From positions 690,001-722,000 of the forward strand of contig OZ246396.1 of NCBI GenBank assembly GCA_965230905.1: a DNA stretch of 32,000 nt, given 5' to 3'. The translations under genes were made by a program, and so were the position numbers. The notes under the pieces are model-generated. The model did no database searches, was not told where the DNA came from, and worked only from the letters and a program-made list of their open reading frames with translations. Source of the stretch: Candidatus Saccharimonadota bacterium. Its GTDB lineage: Bacteria > Patescibacteriota > Gracilibacteria > UBA1369 > 2-02-FULL-48-14. Shown piece by piece: positions 16,355 to 25,018 of the stretch; positions within the stretch are counted from its first letter, which is position 1; every line of letters starts with the position of its first letter.

Positions 16355-18475
16355 ATGTTTCCACCTCTTGGGCCATCTTCTCTTGTACCAACTACTGTAC
16401 CAACTACGCCAGACCAGCGCGTAGATGCCGTTATGGCTCAAGTTCCACCTTTTGAGGAAGCGATTCTAAGGTCGGACTTTGTTCAAGTTTTTGAAGGAAA
16501 AGAAGCCGATCTTGCTCTAAGAGGAGTAGTGCTTCAAGATACTTTGCGTGGCTATATCCGAGAGCTTGCTGCTACAGCAGCTCTGGAGGAAGCCGCTCCA
16601 GGGAGAGAGTCTCTTGATTTAGCGGTAGGAGAATTTGAAAGTGCTCTCGCTGGTTTTTTGGCTCAGCTTCGGGTCAAGTTTGCTTCTGTTCAACAAGGCC
16701 CCATTTCACAGGCTTTAGGGAATGTAAACGTAGGGACCAGTGACTTACAAGCGATTATACTTGAAGCTTTAAGCTATAAGAAGCCGGATGCTCTTATTGA
16801 AGAATATATTGCTGCACTTAAAGCGCCCCACCTTTCATTAATGGCTAAGGCGGGATGCCCAGACTTGCCTGCGCCGGCTCCGCATGATGCTGCAAGTCTC
16901 AAAACTCAGTTAGTGGATTATTTTGTGGCGTCGGCTAAAGAAGCCTATACCATTGCTCGTGAAAAACTTCGTGAATATCTTTTGAATAAGGAGCAGGAAG
17001 CTGAACGTGCAGAGCTGGCAGCACATGCTTTAAAACGAGTTCCTGGAAAAACAGTAGAACTGATGGATTCAATAATGGTGAATTCACTGGATAGACGTAC
17101 TTATGCGGATCAAGAAAAGGCCTTGTTTATTACGTTTGGATCAGTCCTTAGAGATCTCACTGGAAAGCAATTTGGCCCAAAACTGCAGGCTGAGTTCGGC
17201 GTAGCTCTTGCCGAGGGATTCACTCCACCTGGTAAATTGACCTCACGAATTCGAAACGCCGAGGGATTGATTGATGTTTACCGAGGACAAGCCAGCAATG
17301 GATTTATTAGTATGAAGCTGGCAGAGATCCAATTTGATAAGGAGGAGGCCTTAATGCTTTGTGCTCAAGAATATATCCAATGGGTGAATGGGAAGGCAGC
17401 GCAAATATTCACCATCCCTGAAGAAACCGACCCTTCAGAAGCCGAGCTTTATGATGTAGCTCGAGTAAATGTCGTTGATAAATTCTTTGAAGTTGCTACT
17501 CAGCATGCGGATAAACAATTTGCTAAGGCTTTAAGCTTATTGACGCCTAGCTTGCCCTCCGTAGTTGTTCCTTTGCTGGCTCACCGAGTGCAGGAAACGC
17601 TAGCTCAATTTGTTGATAAGCAGCCCGTTTCTGCGACTTCAGTTCAGGCTCAGTATACGCCAGATATGAATCTTACTACTGACGCAGAAGCGATTGTGGA
17701 TGCATTCTTAGCCAAGGCTCCTCTTTTGCTCGCTAAGTTGGAGAATCCTGCTCAGCTGTATCTGGATTTATTTGCGGCTTTGGTGAGGGAGGGAAAGATG
17801 GATCGTGAGCCTGCAGCACTAGTTGCAAGACAAATAATGGACATGCTCTTCGGAAAACCTGAAGGAAAAAGAGAAACGGTAATGAGCCTTGGGCGATACT
17901 CTTTGACCCGTTCACCTAAAGTTCCTAAGGCACCTAAGGTTCCTCCAGTTCCTCCCGCTCCTAGTAAACCTAAGCCGACTTCTCGTAAGCCGATTTCTAG
18001 AAATTGGCTTGCTGGAGGGCTTGCGGTCGGTTTAGCAGGAGTTGCTGCAGCTGGAGTGGCTTATAATTGGTCCTCTCCTGAGGTAGAGGAAGTTCCCGTT
18101 GAATCTCCAGAGGTTCCCGTGACTCCTACTCAATGGGGATCTTTGAATCCTGAGGCATATCCGACCTTTGAGAATACTACTATGCAGTGGTTTGTGGATT
18201 TATCCAAGCAGAATCCCGAGCAAGATGTCGGCCAAGGGGCCATTGCGATTCAATGTGTGGGTGGAGAAAATAAGGCTAGCTCTACGAGTCCGGCTCAAGC
18301 TCACAGTTTCACGGTACTGAGTGATGCCGTGACCGACGAAGGCACCATCAATTGGATCGTAGAGGGTTGCCAGGTGAAGGGTTTTAAACCTTTTACTCCA
18401 GGTGCCTGCGTTGCTGACGTGTGTGCCCTCAATGAAGGATTCTATGCGGTCGCTTTGACTCCTGAGCAGAACTAA
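16355..18475 (+). CDS. Large bitopic hypothetical protein (706 aa): ~545-aa helical cytoplasmic part, PK-rich linker, one TM, Cys-containing outer domain
   Basis: Long ORF with its own promoter. The TM segment is WLAGGLAVGLAGVAAAGVAY, near residue 560. The C-terminal ~130 aa contain 4 Cys. No family recognised. Confidence 0.85.
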   Translation: MFPPLGPSSLVPTTVPTTPDQRVDAVMAQVPPFEEAILRSDFVQVFEGKEADLALRGVVLQDTLRGYIRELAATAALEEAAPGRESLDLAVGEFESALAGFLAQLRVKFASVQQGPISQALGNVNVGTSDLQAIILEALSYKKPDALIEEYIAALKAPHLSLMAKAGCPDLPAPAPHDAASLKTQLVDYFVASAKEAYTIAREKLREYLLNKEQEAERAELAAHALKRVPGKTVELMDSIMVNSLDRRTYADQEKALFITFGSVLRDLTGKQFGPKLQAEFGVALAEGFTPPGKLTSRIRNAEGLIDVYRGQASNGFISMKLAEIQFDKEEALMLCAQEYIQWVNGKAAQIFTIPEETDPSEAELYDVARVNVVDKFFEVATQHADKQFAKALSLLTPSLPSVVVPLLAHRVQETLAQFVDKQPVSATSVQAQYTPDMNLTTDAEAIVDAFLAKAPLLLAKLENPAQLYLDLFAALVREGKMDREPAALVARQIMDMLFGKPEGKRETVMSLGRYSLTRSPKVPKAPKVPPVPPAPSKPKPTSRKPISRNWLAGGLAVGLAGVAAAGVAYNWSSPEVEEVPVESPEVPVTPTQWGSLNPEAYPTFENTTMQWFVDLSKQNPEQDVGQGAIAIQCVGGENKASSTSPAQAHSFTVLSDAVTDEGTINWIVEGCQVKGFKPFTPGACVADVCALNEGFYAVALTPEQN
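17915..17977 (+). repeat. Seven tandem 9-nt units encoding P-x-x tripeptides (PKV PKA PKV PPV PPA PSK PKP)
   Basis: CCTAAAGTT CCTAAGGCA CCTAAGGTT CCTCCAGTT CCTCCCGCT CCTAGTAAA CCTAAGCCG lies just upstream of the TM-coding segment of ORF 16355..18475. Confidence 0.8.
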
Positions 18476-18508
18476 AGTTATAGTTCGTGAGCCCCTTAAT
18501 TTAAACTT

Positions 18509-19531
18509 ATGGATCTCAACGTTCTTAAACAAACCGCTCAGGCGATGATTGCGCCGGGGAAGGGAATTTTAGCTATTGATGAAAGCACTGGAACCTGTAA
18601 AAAGCGTTTTGAAGCGCTGGGAGTGGAGTGCACGGAGGACACGCGTCGCGAATACCGCGAACTTTTGGTAGACGCGCCGGGAATTGAAGCAACTGTGAGT
18701 GGAATGATTATGTACGATGAAACGCTGCGTCAGTCGACTAAAGACGGACGTCGATTTGTGGATGTTTTGAAGGGGAAGGGAATGATTGCGGGGATTAAAG
18801 TGGACACGGGGGCTAAGGATTTAGCTTTGCACGCGGGCGAGCAGGTGACGGAAGGTTTGGATGGCCTACGGGAACGTTTGATGGAGTACGGCAATCTTGG
18901 TGCGCAGTTTGCAAAGTGGCGCGCGGTGATAAATATTAGCGATGTGCTGCCTTCGGCTGCGTGCGTGAAGGCGAATGCCCATGCGCTCGCGCGTTACGCG
19001 GCGCTGTGCCAGGAAGCGAATATTGTGCCCATGGTGGAACCCGAAATGATCATGGAGGGCGCGCACAGTATGGAACGTTGTTATGAAGTGACCGCGCAGG
19101 TTTTAAAGGGATTGTTTGCTGAGCTTGCGGAACAAGGCGTGGCCCTGGAAGGAACCATTTTGAAAGTGAGCATGGTGCTGGCGGGGAAGGACGCAGCGGT
19201 GCAATCGAGCGAGGGCGACGTGGCGGCGCAAACCGTGAAATGTTTGAAAGAAAATGTGCCAAGCAATATTGCCGGCGTGGTGTTTTTGAGCGGAGGACAG
19301 AGCGACGCAAAATCCACCGTGCACTTGAATTTGATGCATCAACTGGGTGAAGCACTGCCTTGGCCACTGAGCTTTTCGTACGGACGTGGAATTCAACAGC
19401 CGGGCCTAAAGGCATGGGCGGCGAACCGCGTCGACGTGGCGGGTGCGCAAAAACTTTTGGTGCACCGCGCACACATGAACGGCCTCGCGGCGGAAGGAAA
19501 ATATTCCGCAGAAAGTGAAAACATTGCTTAA
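18509..19531 (+). CDS. fba: Fructose-bisphosphate aldolase, class I (eukaryote-type), 340 aa
   Basis: GKGILAIDESTGTCKKRFEALGV...REYRELL...GIKVD.G...EPEM and the Schiff-base lysine region ILKVSMV follow the class I aldolase pattern. Confidence 0.93.
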   Translation: MDLNVLKQTAQAMIAPGKGILAIDESTGTCKKRFEALGVECTEDTRREYRELLVDAPGIEATVSGMIMYDETLRQSTKDGRRFVDVLKGKGMIAGIKVDTGAKDLALHAGEQVTEGLDGLRERLMEYGNLGAQFAKWRAVINISDVLPSAACVKANAHALARYAALCQEANIVPMVEPEMIMEGAHSMERCYEVTAQVLKGLFAELAEQGVALEGTILKVSMVLAGKDAAVQSSEGDVAAQTVKCLKENVPSNIAGVVFLSGGQSDAKSTVHLNLMHQLGEALPWPLSFSYGRGIQQPGLKAWAANRVDVAGAQKLLVHRAHMNGLAAEGKYSAESENIA

Positions 19532-19541
19532 CCCTTTTTCC

Positions 19542-20441
19542 ATGCTTCTCGAATTTCTTCAGAAAAAAAACGTAGACCTTTCGCTCGCGGAAGTGATTGT
19601 GGAATTGGGCCGCGCGGCGGAAGAAATTGCGTCGTCCATTATTCAAGCGAGTACTAAAAAAGCCGGCAGCACCAACGCGTCCGGCGAGGAACAAATCGCC
19701 ATGGATATTTTGGCGAACGATATTTTGGTGCGCACCGTTAGCGGGAATCCGTACATCGGGGGCTACGGCAGTGAAGAAATCGATGGTTTTGAAAAAGGGC
19801 ATGAGGAAGGCATTTATAGCGTGTTCTTTGATCCGCTTGATGGCTCCAGTTTGTTTGACGTGAATTTTTCGGTGGGGACGATTGTGGGGATTTACGCGGG
19901 CAATGAAGTCCTTGGAAAAACTCCGCGCGGCCAAGTGGCCGCGCTGTACACGGTCTATGGTCCGCGCACCACAATGATGCTTACAGTGGGGCAGGGCGTG
20001 CATGAATTTTTGCTCACCGACGCGGGCTGGGAATTGCTGAATGAGGAAGTGCAACTGAGTGGCACTAAGAAATATTTTGCGCCGGGAAATTTGCGTGCGG
20101 CGCAGGAACGCGGAGATTATTTGCAGCTGGTGAATTGGTACATGAGCGAGCAGTACACACTGCGTTACAGCGGCGGAATGGTTCCCGACATCAACCACAT
20201 TTTCAAAAAAGGCAGCGGGATTTTTATGTACCCCGGCATGCCCAGCGCGCCGCAAGGAAAACTCCGGCTGCTCTACGAATGTGGGCCCATGGCATTTTTA
20301 ATGGAGCAAGCGGGCGGTGCGAGCAGTGACGGAACCAAGTCCATAATGGACGTGGAGATTTCCGAGTACCATCAACGCAGTCCAATATTTTTGGGAACCA
20401 AGAATGAAGTCGCGCGATGTGAGAAAGCCTTGAATTCCTAA
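19542..20441 (+). CDS. fbp: Fructose-1,6-bisphosphatase class 1 (299 aa from the ATG at 19542; alternative GTG at 19515 overlaps fba by 17 nt)
   Basis: GSTNASGEEQIAMDILANDIL...VFFDPLDGSSLFDVNFSVGTIVGIY...YSGGMVPDINHIFKKGSGIFMYP...GKLRLLYECGPMAFLMEQAGG match class 1 FBPase motifs. Confidence 0.93.
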   Translation: MLLEFLQKKNVDLSLAEVIVELGRAAEEIASSIIQASTKKAGSTNASGEEQIAMDILANDILVRTVSGNPYIGGYGSEEIDGFEKGHEEGIYSVFFDPLDGSSLFDVNFSVGTIVGIYAGNEVLGKTPRGQVAALYTVYGPRTTMMLTVGQGVHEFLLTDAGWELLNEEVQLSGTKKYFAPGNLRAAQERGDYLQLVNWYMSEQYTLRYSGGMVPDINHIFKKGSGIFMYPGMPSAPQGKLRLLYECGPMAFLMEQAGGASSDGTKSIMDVEISEYHQRSPIFLGTKNEVARCEKALNS

Positions 20442-20453
20442 ACAGACGTACGA

Positions 20454-20523
20454 AGACTGTCTTGGGTCGATTCAGCGGGAGCCTTTATGCTGAATCTCTC
20501 CAAGCAGTCTGAAGGCGTTTTTT
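20454..20523 (+). terminator. Long hairpin with the conserved loop GGGAGCCTTTAT (copy 1), followed by a T6 run; probable fbp terminator
   Basis: AGACTG(T)CTTGG-gtc-GATTCAGC [GGGAGCCTTTAT] GCTGAATC-tct-CCAAG-CAGTCT spans 20454..20510. TTTTTT follows at 20518..20523. The hairpin begins 12 nt after the fbp stop. Confidence 0.5.
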
Positions 20524-20526
20524 CCT

Positions 20527-20552
20527 GTAACTAAAAGCTTTTCCCCTGCGTT
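20527..20552 (+). promoter_or_regulatory. ECF-type promoter candidate upstream of the ECF sigma gene
   Basis: GTAAC (20527..20531), a 17-nt spacer, then CGTT (20549..20552). This resembles the common ECF GGAAC-N16-17-CGTT pattern. The ATG at 20560 would sit at or near the transcription start. Confidence 0.35.
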
Positions 20553-20559
20553 TAAAGTA

Positions 20560-21165
20560 ATGTATGCTGGATTTAGCGCTTTAACTCCACCAATGCCACT
20601 TTCTGCTAACGCCAATTTTGATATTGACGCCTGGGTGCTTGCTGCACAAGAAGGCGATAAGGAGGCTTTTGCTCACCTCTACGATCATTTTTTTGATCCT
20701 ATCTACCGCTATGTCTATTTTAGGGTATCTCCATCAGAAGTGGATGACTTGGTGGAAACTGTTTTTATCAAAGCGTGGATGCATTTGGAGAAATATGAGA
20801 AGCGGGATGTGAACTTTTCGGCTTGGCTCTTTAAGATTGCGCACAACACGGTTATAGATCACCGCCGTTCGCACCGTCCGCTCTTTGAAGTTAAGGAGGA
20901 TATTAGGGACGAATCAGAAAACTCGGCCCCCAAGGAGCTCACGGAAAAAAGCATGCTCTCTAAAACCATTCGCGAGGCCGTAGATGAACTCAAAGAGCCG
21001 TATCGTCAGGTGGTGACCCTAAAGTTCCTTTTGGGGCTTTCCAATGCGGAAATCGCGGAAATCCTGAACGAACGGGAGGGGAATATTCGAGTGATTCAGT
21101 TCCGGGCCCTGAAGGAACTAAAAAATATTCTTAACAAAAGAGGACTGGAGCGGGAAATTTTGTAA
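20560..21165 (+). CDS. ECF-family RNA polymerase sigma factor (201 aa)
   Basis: Region 2 (FAHLYDHFFDPIYRYVYFRV...DDLVETVFIKAWMHLEKY...FSAWLFKIAHNTVIDHRR) and region 4 (PYRQVVTLKFLLGLSNAEIAEILNEREGNIRVIQFRALKELK) are both present. Confidence 0.93.
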   Translation: MYAGFSALTPPMPLSANANFDIDAWVLAAQEGDKEAFAHLYDHFFDPIYRYVYFRVSPSEVDDLVETVFIKAWMHLEKYEKRDVNFSAWLFKIAHNTVIDHRRSHRPLFEVKEDIRDESENSAPKELTEKSMLSKTIREAVDELKEPYRQVVTLKFLLGLSNAEIAEILNEREGNIRVIQFRALKELKNILNKRGLEREIL

Positions 21166-23051
21166 TGAATCCCGTTCTGCCCCGTTCTAGACAGCGGCCA
21201 ATTGCTTATATGGACAATACTCAAATAGAAAACGCAAAAAAACGGATTTGGAGCCGTATGCAATCCAAACTACCTGATCGAGGACTCAGTCCTTATCAGG
21301 TGCTGCTTTCTACCATTAAAAGCGCCTCTTCGCCCACGGTTTCCCGTTTAAAGCGCGTTCAATACAAAGAACATCTTTTGGATATTCTGCCCGACCGGCC
21401 TGAACCGGCTCTGTCGCTTCGACGGGTTTGGGGAGTGGGGTCTTTGGTTGCCGTGCTTTCTTTGATCTTTATGCCTGTTTTGCAAAAAGCTCCCATGGCT
21501 TCTGCTTCTTCGGTGAATACACTCGAAGTGGTGGAGGGTCAGGTGCTGGTGAACGGGCAAGTGGTTAAAGAAAGCGTTGTGATTCAAGAGGGCGATCGCA
21601 TTGAAACCTTGGAAGGTGCTATGGCCCACGTTTACTTTTTGGACGACAGCCGCATGACCTTGGCTCCCCAGACGGTGGTGGACATTGTGGACACCGAAGT
21701 AAACCCTTTGAATAGGGCGGATACTAAGGTAGCGGTTTATCAGGAAAGTGGACGGGCTTGGGTTCAAGTTCTCAATCTTCTCGCCTCCAATGACTCTTAC
21801 TTTTTGGTGACGTTCCCCGATGGGCAAGCGAAGGTTGATAGCCGGGCTAGTTTCGATTTGGAAGTGGGTGAAGAAACCCGCGTTTCGGTGGCGCGCAATT
21901 TGGTGGATCTGAGTTTGAAAGGCGAAGACGAAGTGTCTTATGCCGGAACCTTGGGGCAGGGCGCTGAAATTTTAAACAATGATGGGTTCATAGCCACAGA
22001 AAATATTCCCGCGGAACGTGAAGAAGAATTTTGGTGGGCGTTCAACTACAGCTATGGACGAACCTACGCTCAAGCCCTCGACGATCAGTATAAAGAAGAC
22101 GCTACTTTGCACGCGATGATTCTGCCCACGCATCCCCTCTACTTCCTAAAAACGTTCCGTGAAGACATGCAAGTGTCTTTGGCGTTTACATCGGAAGCGA
22201 AGGAGGAACTGCTCGTACAACAGGTTGAAAACCGTTTAAATGAGGCTCAGATTTTGTTGGCTCAAGGTGAAACTGCAGCAGCGACTGAAGTGCTCAACAC
22301 TTATCACGATACCGTGGAAGAAGCTTTGGAAAACACCGACAATCCTGTGCTGCTCGCTAAATTGGAAGTGACGCAAAAGCAAATGCTCACGGCTCCCGAA
22401 GTGAATGAAAACACGGTGCTTTTGGAAGATCATTTGGCGTCTTCTTCGGCGCTGGTTTCTTCCACTTTGGAAGGGAAGGCAGAGACTAAAATGCTCTCCG
22501 CTTCACAGAAATTGGAACGGGTGCCCGACTTGATTGCCAATGGTGAATTTGACCAGGCTTTGATTGATCTCTCTGCGTACCAAGTGGATTCTTTGTCGAT
22601 ATTAACCGAGCTTGAAAACGTGCCCATGGAACAACGGCAAGAGATGGTGTCTGCGCTGCTCGATCAAAAGTTGAAGGACGTTCAATTGCTCCGCGTGATT
22701 GCCAGCATGCCTGAAACCTCAGCGGCTGTGAGCATCGATACTCAGATGCTGGAACAAATGAGCATGATGGTTTTGTCTCTCAAGGAAATGCAGCTCTCGG
22801 ATCTTTCTACTTTCTTTGAAAGCACCGATTACGATTTGGAGGTTCAATACAGTGTGTACAATCGTTTGAAGGGCGACGTGCAGATTGATGAAGAACTGAG
22901 CCAGCAATTTCAAGATATGGAGGATGAAATTCAAAATTCTAGCAGCGAGCCGGTGATTGAAATTGAAGAAGTGGAGACCGTTGAAGTGGTTCCTGCAGTA
23001 GAAACTACGCCTTCCATTGAAACACCATCTACGGATTCCACTAAGCAGTGA
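21165..23051 (+). CDS. Putative anti-sigma factor: short cytoplasmic N-terminus, one TM, FecR-like domain and a long helical extracytoplasmic domain (628 aa)
   Basis: The start overlaps the sigma gene stop (TAATG). The TM segment is VWGVGSLVAVLSLIFMPVL. A FecR-like beta region (GDRIETLEGAMAHVYFLDDSRMTLAPQTVV) is followed by a helical region starting HPLYFLKTFREDMQVSL. That region resembles the DUF5667-type domain as I remember it. The tail is acidic and low-complexity. Confidence 0.75.
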   Translation: MNPVLPRSRQRPIAYMDNTQIENAKKRIWSRMQSKLPDRGLSPYQVLLSTIKSASSPTVSRLKRVQYKEHLLDILPDRPEPALSLRRVWGVGSLVAVLSLIFMPVLQKAPMASASSVNTLEVVEGQVLVNGQVVKESVVIQEGDRIETLEGAMAHVYFLDDSRMTLAPQTVVDIVDTEVNPLNRADTKVAVYQESGRAWVQVLNLLASNDSYFLVTFPDGQAKVDSRASFDLEVGEETRVSVARNLVDLSLKGEDEVSYAGTLGQGAEILNNDGFIATENIPAEREEEFWWAFNYSYGRTYAQALDDQYKEDATLHAMILPTHPLYFLKTFREDMQVSLAFTSEAKEELLVQQVENRLNEAQILLAQGETAAATEVLNTYHDTVEEALENTDNPVLLAKLEVTQKQMLTAPEVNENTVLLEDHLASSSALVSSTLEGKAETKMLSASQKLERVPDLIANGEFDQALIDLSAYQVDSLSILTELENVPMEQRQEMVSALLDQKLKDVQLLRVIASMPETSAAVSIDTQMLEQMSMMVLSLKEMQLSDLSTFFESTDYDLEVQYSVYNRLKGDVQIDEELSQQFQDMEDEIQNSSSEPVIEIEEVETVEVVPAVETTPSIETPSTDSTKQ

Positions 23052-24143
23052 TCAGTCGCCCATTCCCACAAAGCCCAGGGCTAGGCCAAGGGTTGCAATC
23101 AGAGCACCTACAATCCAAAAACGCATAACCACTTGAGACTCGGGCCAGCCGAGTTGTTCAAAGTGATGGTGCAGAGGGGCGATGAGAAAGACCTTTCGGC
23201 CGAAGCATTTTTTTGACGTGAGTTGAATGATGACGGAGAGCGTTTCAATCACAAAAATAGACGCAATGAAGGGGAGGATGAGTACCGTGTTGGTGAGCAT
23301 CGCAATGACGCCCAGGGTGGCTCCCAAAGCCAGGGCGCCGGTGTCTCCCATATAAAAACGGGCCGGTGGGATATTGAACCAAAGGAAGGCTAGGGTGGCC
23401 CCGCAGATCACGGCACAGAAGGCGGCGAGTATCAAAAGGCCGTGTGCGTAGGCGAGTCCCGCGTAGGCGCCAAAGGCGATGATGATGAGGCCGCCCACGA
23501 GTCCATCGAGACCGTCGGTGAAGTTCACGGCATTTGCCGTTCCAGTGATTATGAAAACAAAGAGAGGGATGTACCAAAAATCTAGTTCAAAGTCGCCCAC
23601 GCCGGGTATGTGGATTTCGTTGTAGCCAAGTTTGTAATAGAACCACCAGCCTCCCATGAGGGCCAGCACGGTGAGCCAAAAGAATTTAGGTTTGATGTTT
23701 AAGCCTTTGCTTTGGCCCCAGCCTTTGATGTTGAAAAGGTCGTCCACCATGCCTAGTACGGCCACGGTTGCCAAGGTGAAAATGGGCAAGTAGGTTTCAC
23801 TTCGGCTGAGCAGCGAATGTTCAAAAATTCCAAAATAAGACAGGGCGCGGGAGAGCACAATGGTCACCAAAACGCTGCCCCAAATGAGTATGCCGCCCAT
23901 GGAGGGAGTGCCGGCTTTTTTTGCATGGAGAGCGTGGTAGAGATCTGCATTTTTTCCGTCGCTGGCCACCGTGCGGATGTTCTTACCCAATTTCCATTTT
24001 CGCAGGAGTCCAATAAAAGGTTCCGCAAATACATAAGCGACTAGGAAGGCCAGAAATCCGGATCCAATAATAAGGATCAGGTGCCGGACGGTGTCGGTGA
24101 TGGGGAAGTAATTACCAAACATAGGCTCTGTAAATCCAATCAA
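23052..24143 (-). CDS. mraY: Phospho-N-acetylmuramoyl-pentapeptide transferase MraY (363 aa; alternative start at 24122)
   Basis: A polytopic membrane protein with MraY motifs: MVDDLFNIKG, NAVNFTDGLDGL, MGDTGALALG and APLHHHFE. Confidence 0.95.
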   Translation of the reverse strand: MIGFTEPMFGNYFPITDTVRHLILIIGSGFLAFLVAYVFAEPFIGLLRKWKLGKNIRTVASDGKNADLYHALHAKKAGTPSMGGILIWGSVLVTIVLSRALSYFGIFEHSLLSRSETYLPIFTLATVAVLGMVDDLFNIKGWGQSKGLNIKPKFFWLTVLALMGGWWFYYKLGYNEIHIPGVGDFELDFWYIPLFVFIITGTANAVNFTDGLDGLVGGLIIIAFGAYAGLAYAHGLLILAAFCAVICGATLAFLWFNIPPARFYMGDTGALALGATLGVIAMLTNTVLILPFIASIFVIETLSVIIQLTSKKCFGRKVFLIAPLHHHFEQLGWPESQVVMRFWIVGALIATLGLALGFVGMGD

Positions 24144-24984
24144 CTAAAGTTTTGGTGTCCGTGAAGCGGCTTTTGCTGCCCAGGATCACCGTTAAAATTT
24201 CATGACCTTCCGGGCTTTCGGCCAGGGCAATTAAACATTCGCCGGCCCCCGGAGTGGTGCCCGTTTTAAATCCTTTAATGCCCAGTTCGCCGATTAAAAT
24301 ATTGGTGTTGCTCAGTTCATGTTGGTCGCCGGTTTCGCTGCTCACGGTCACGCTGCTTTGATTCACAATTTCGCGCACGCTGTCGTCTTTGAGCAGGTGA
24401 GTGGTGAGGGCGGCGAGGTCACGTGCGCTGGAAAAAGCTCCGCTGTTGTCGAGGCCATTGGCGTTTTTATAATGTGTGTCTTCCAGGCCGAGTTTATCGG
24501 CCATGGTGTTCATTTTTGCAATAAAATCTTTTTCGCTGCCGGCGTTGAATTCGGCTAAGGCAAGCGCGGCGTCATTCCCGGAAACAATCAAAAGTCCGTA
24601 CAAAAGATTCCGCACCGTGATTTGTTCACCCGCGTAGATTCCCATGCTGGAACCCGTGGCGCTGGCGGCATTGCTGCTCACGGTCACCACGGCGTTTGGG
24701 TCGTTTTCTTCCAAAACCAGTGCGGCGGTCATGAGTTTGGTGAGGCTGGCGATTGGCACGCGAGTCATAGAATTTTTCTCAAATAAAATCGCCTGGGTTT
24801 CCAAGTCCACGGCCAAAATGGTTTGAGCGGTCATGCTTCCCGGGGACACAAACTCCTCCTGTAGCACCGGTACCGAAGACACAGAGAGCAGCGTTTTATC
24901 GTTAAAAGCCACTTCACTGCCGGCTCCAAAGGACCCAAGGGTCAGACTGCTGGCGAGAAGGAGAGAGAGGAGGCTTTGGAACAT
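24112..24984 (-). CDS. D-alanyl-D-alanine carboxypeptidase (peptidase S11 / PBP5-like), 290 aa from the ATG at 24984
   Basis: SxxK (ASLTK), SGN (VSGND) and KTG (KTGTT) motifs are in the correct order. The start is chosen at MFQSLLSLLLASSLTLGSFGAG (signal peptide), because the 33-codon upstream extension in the ORF track is encoded by the palindromic element at 24995..25117. Confidence 0.9.
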   Translation of the reverse strand: MFQSLLSLLLASSLTLGSFGAGSEVAFNDKTLLSVSSVPVLQEEFVSPGSMTAQTILAVDLETQAILFEKNSMTRVPIASLTKLMTAALVLEENDPNAVVTVSSNAASATGSSMGIYAGEQITVRNLLYGLLIVSGNDAALALAEFNAGSEKDFIAKMNTMADKLGLEDTHYKNANGLDNSGAFSSARDLAALTTHLLKDDSVREIVNQSSVTVSSETGDQHELSNTNILIGELGIKGFKTGTTPGAGECLIALAESPEGHEILTVILGSKSRFTDTKTLVDWIYRAYVW

Positions 24985-24990
24985 GCAGGT

Positions 24991-25018
24991 AGTATAGACG
25001 GGAACTTTAGATTTCCAA
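24991..25018 (-). promoter_or_regulatory. dac promoter candidate embedded in one arm of the long hairpin; -10 box 6 nt from the ATG
   Basis: On the minus strand: TTGGAA (25018..25013), a 16-nt spacer, TATACT (24996..24991), then acctgc and the ATG (24984). Confidence 0.4.

Noticed and set aside
19050-20255. A 401-aa ORF on the minus strand spanning the fba/fbp junction.
   Set aside because: It is antisense to two confidently identified genes. It is extremely Arg/His/Pro/Ala-rich with no domain-like features, which is typical shadow-ORF composition.
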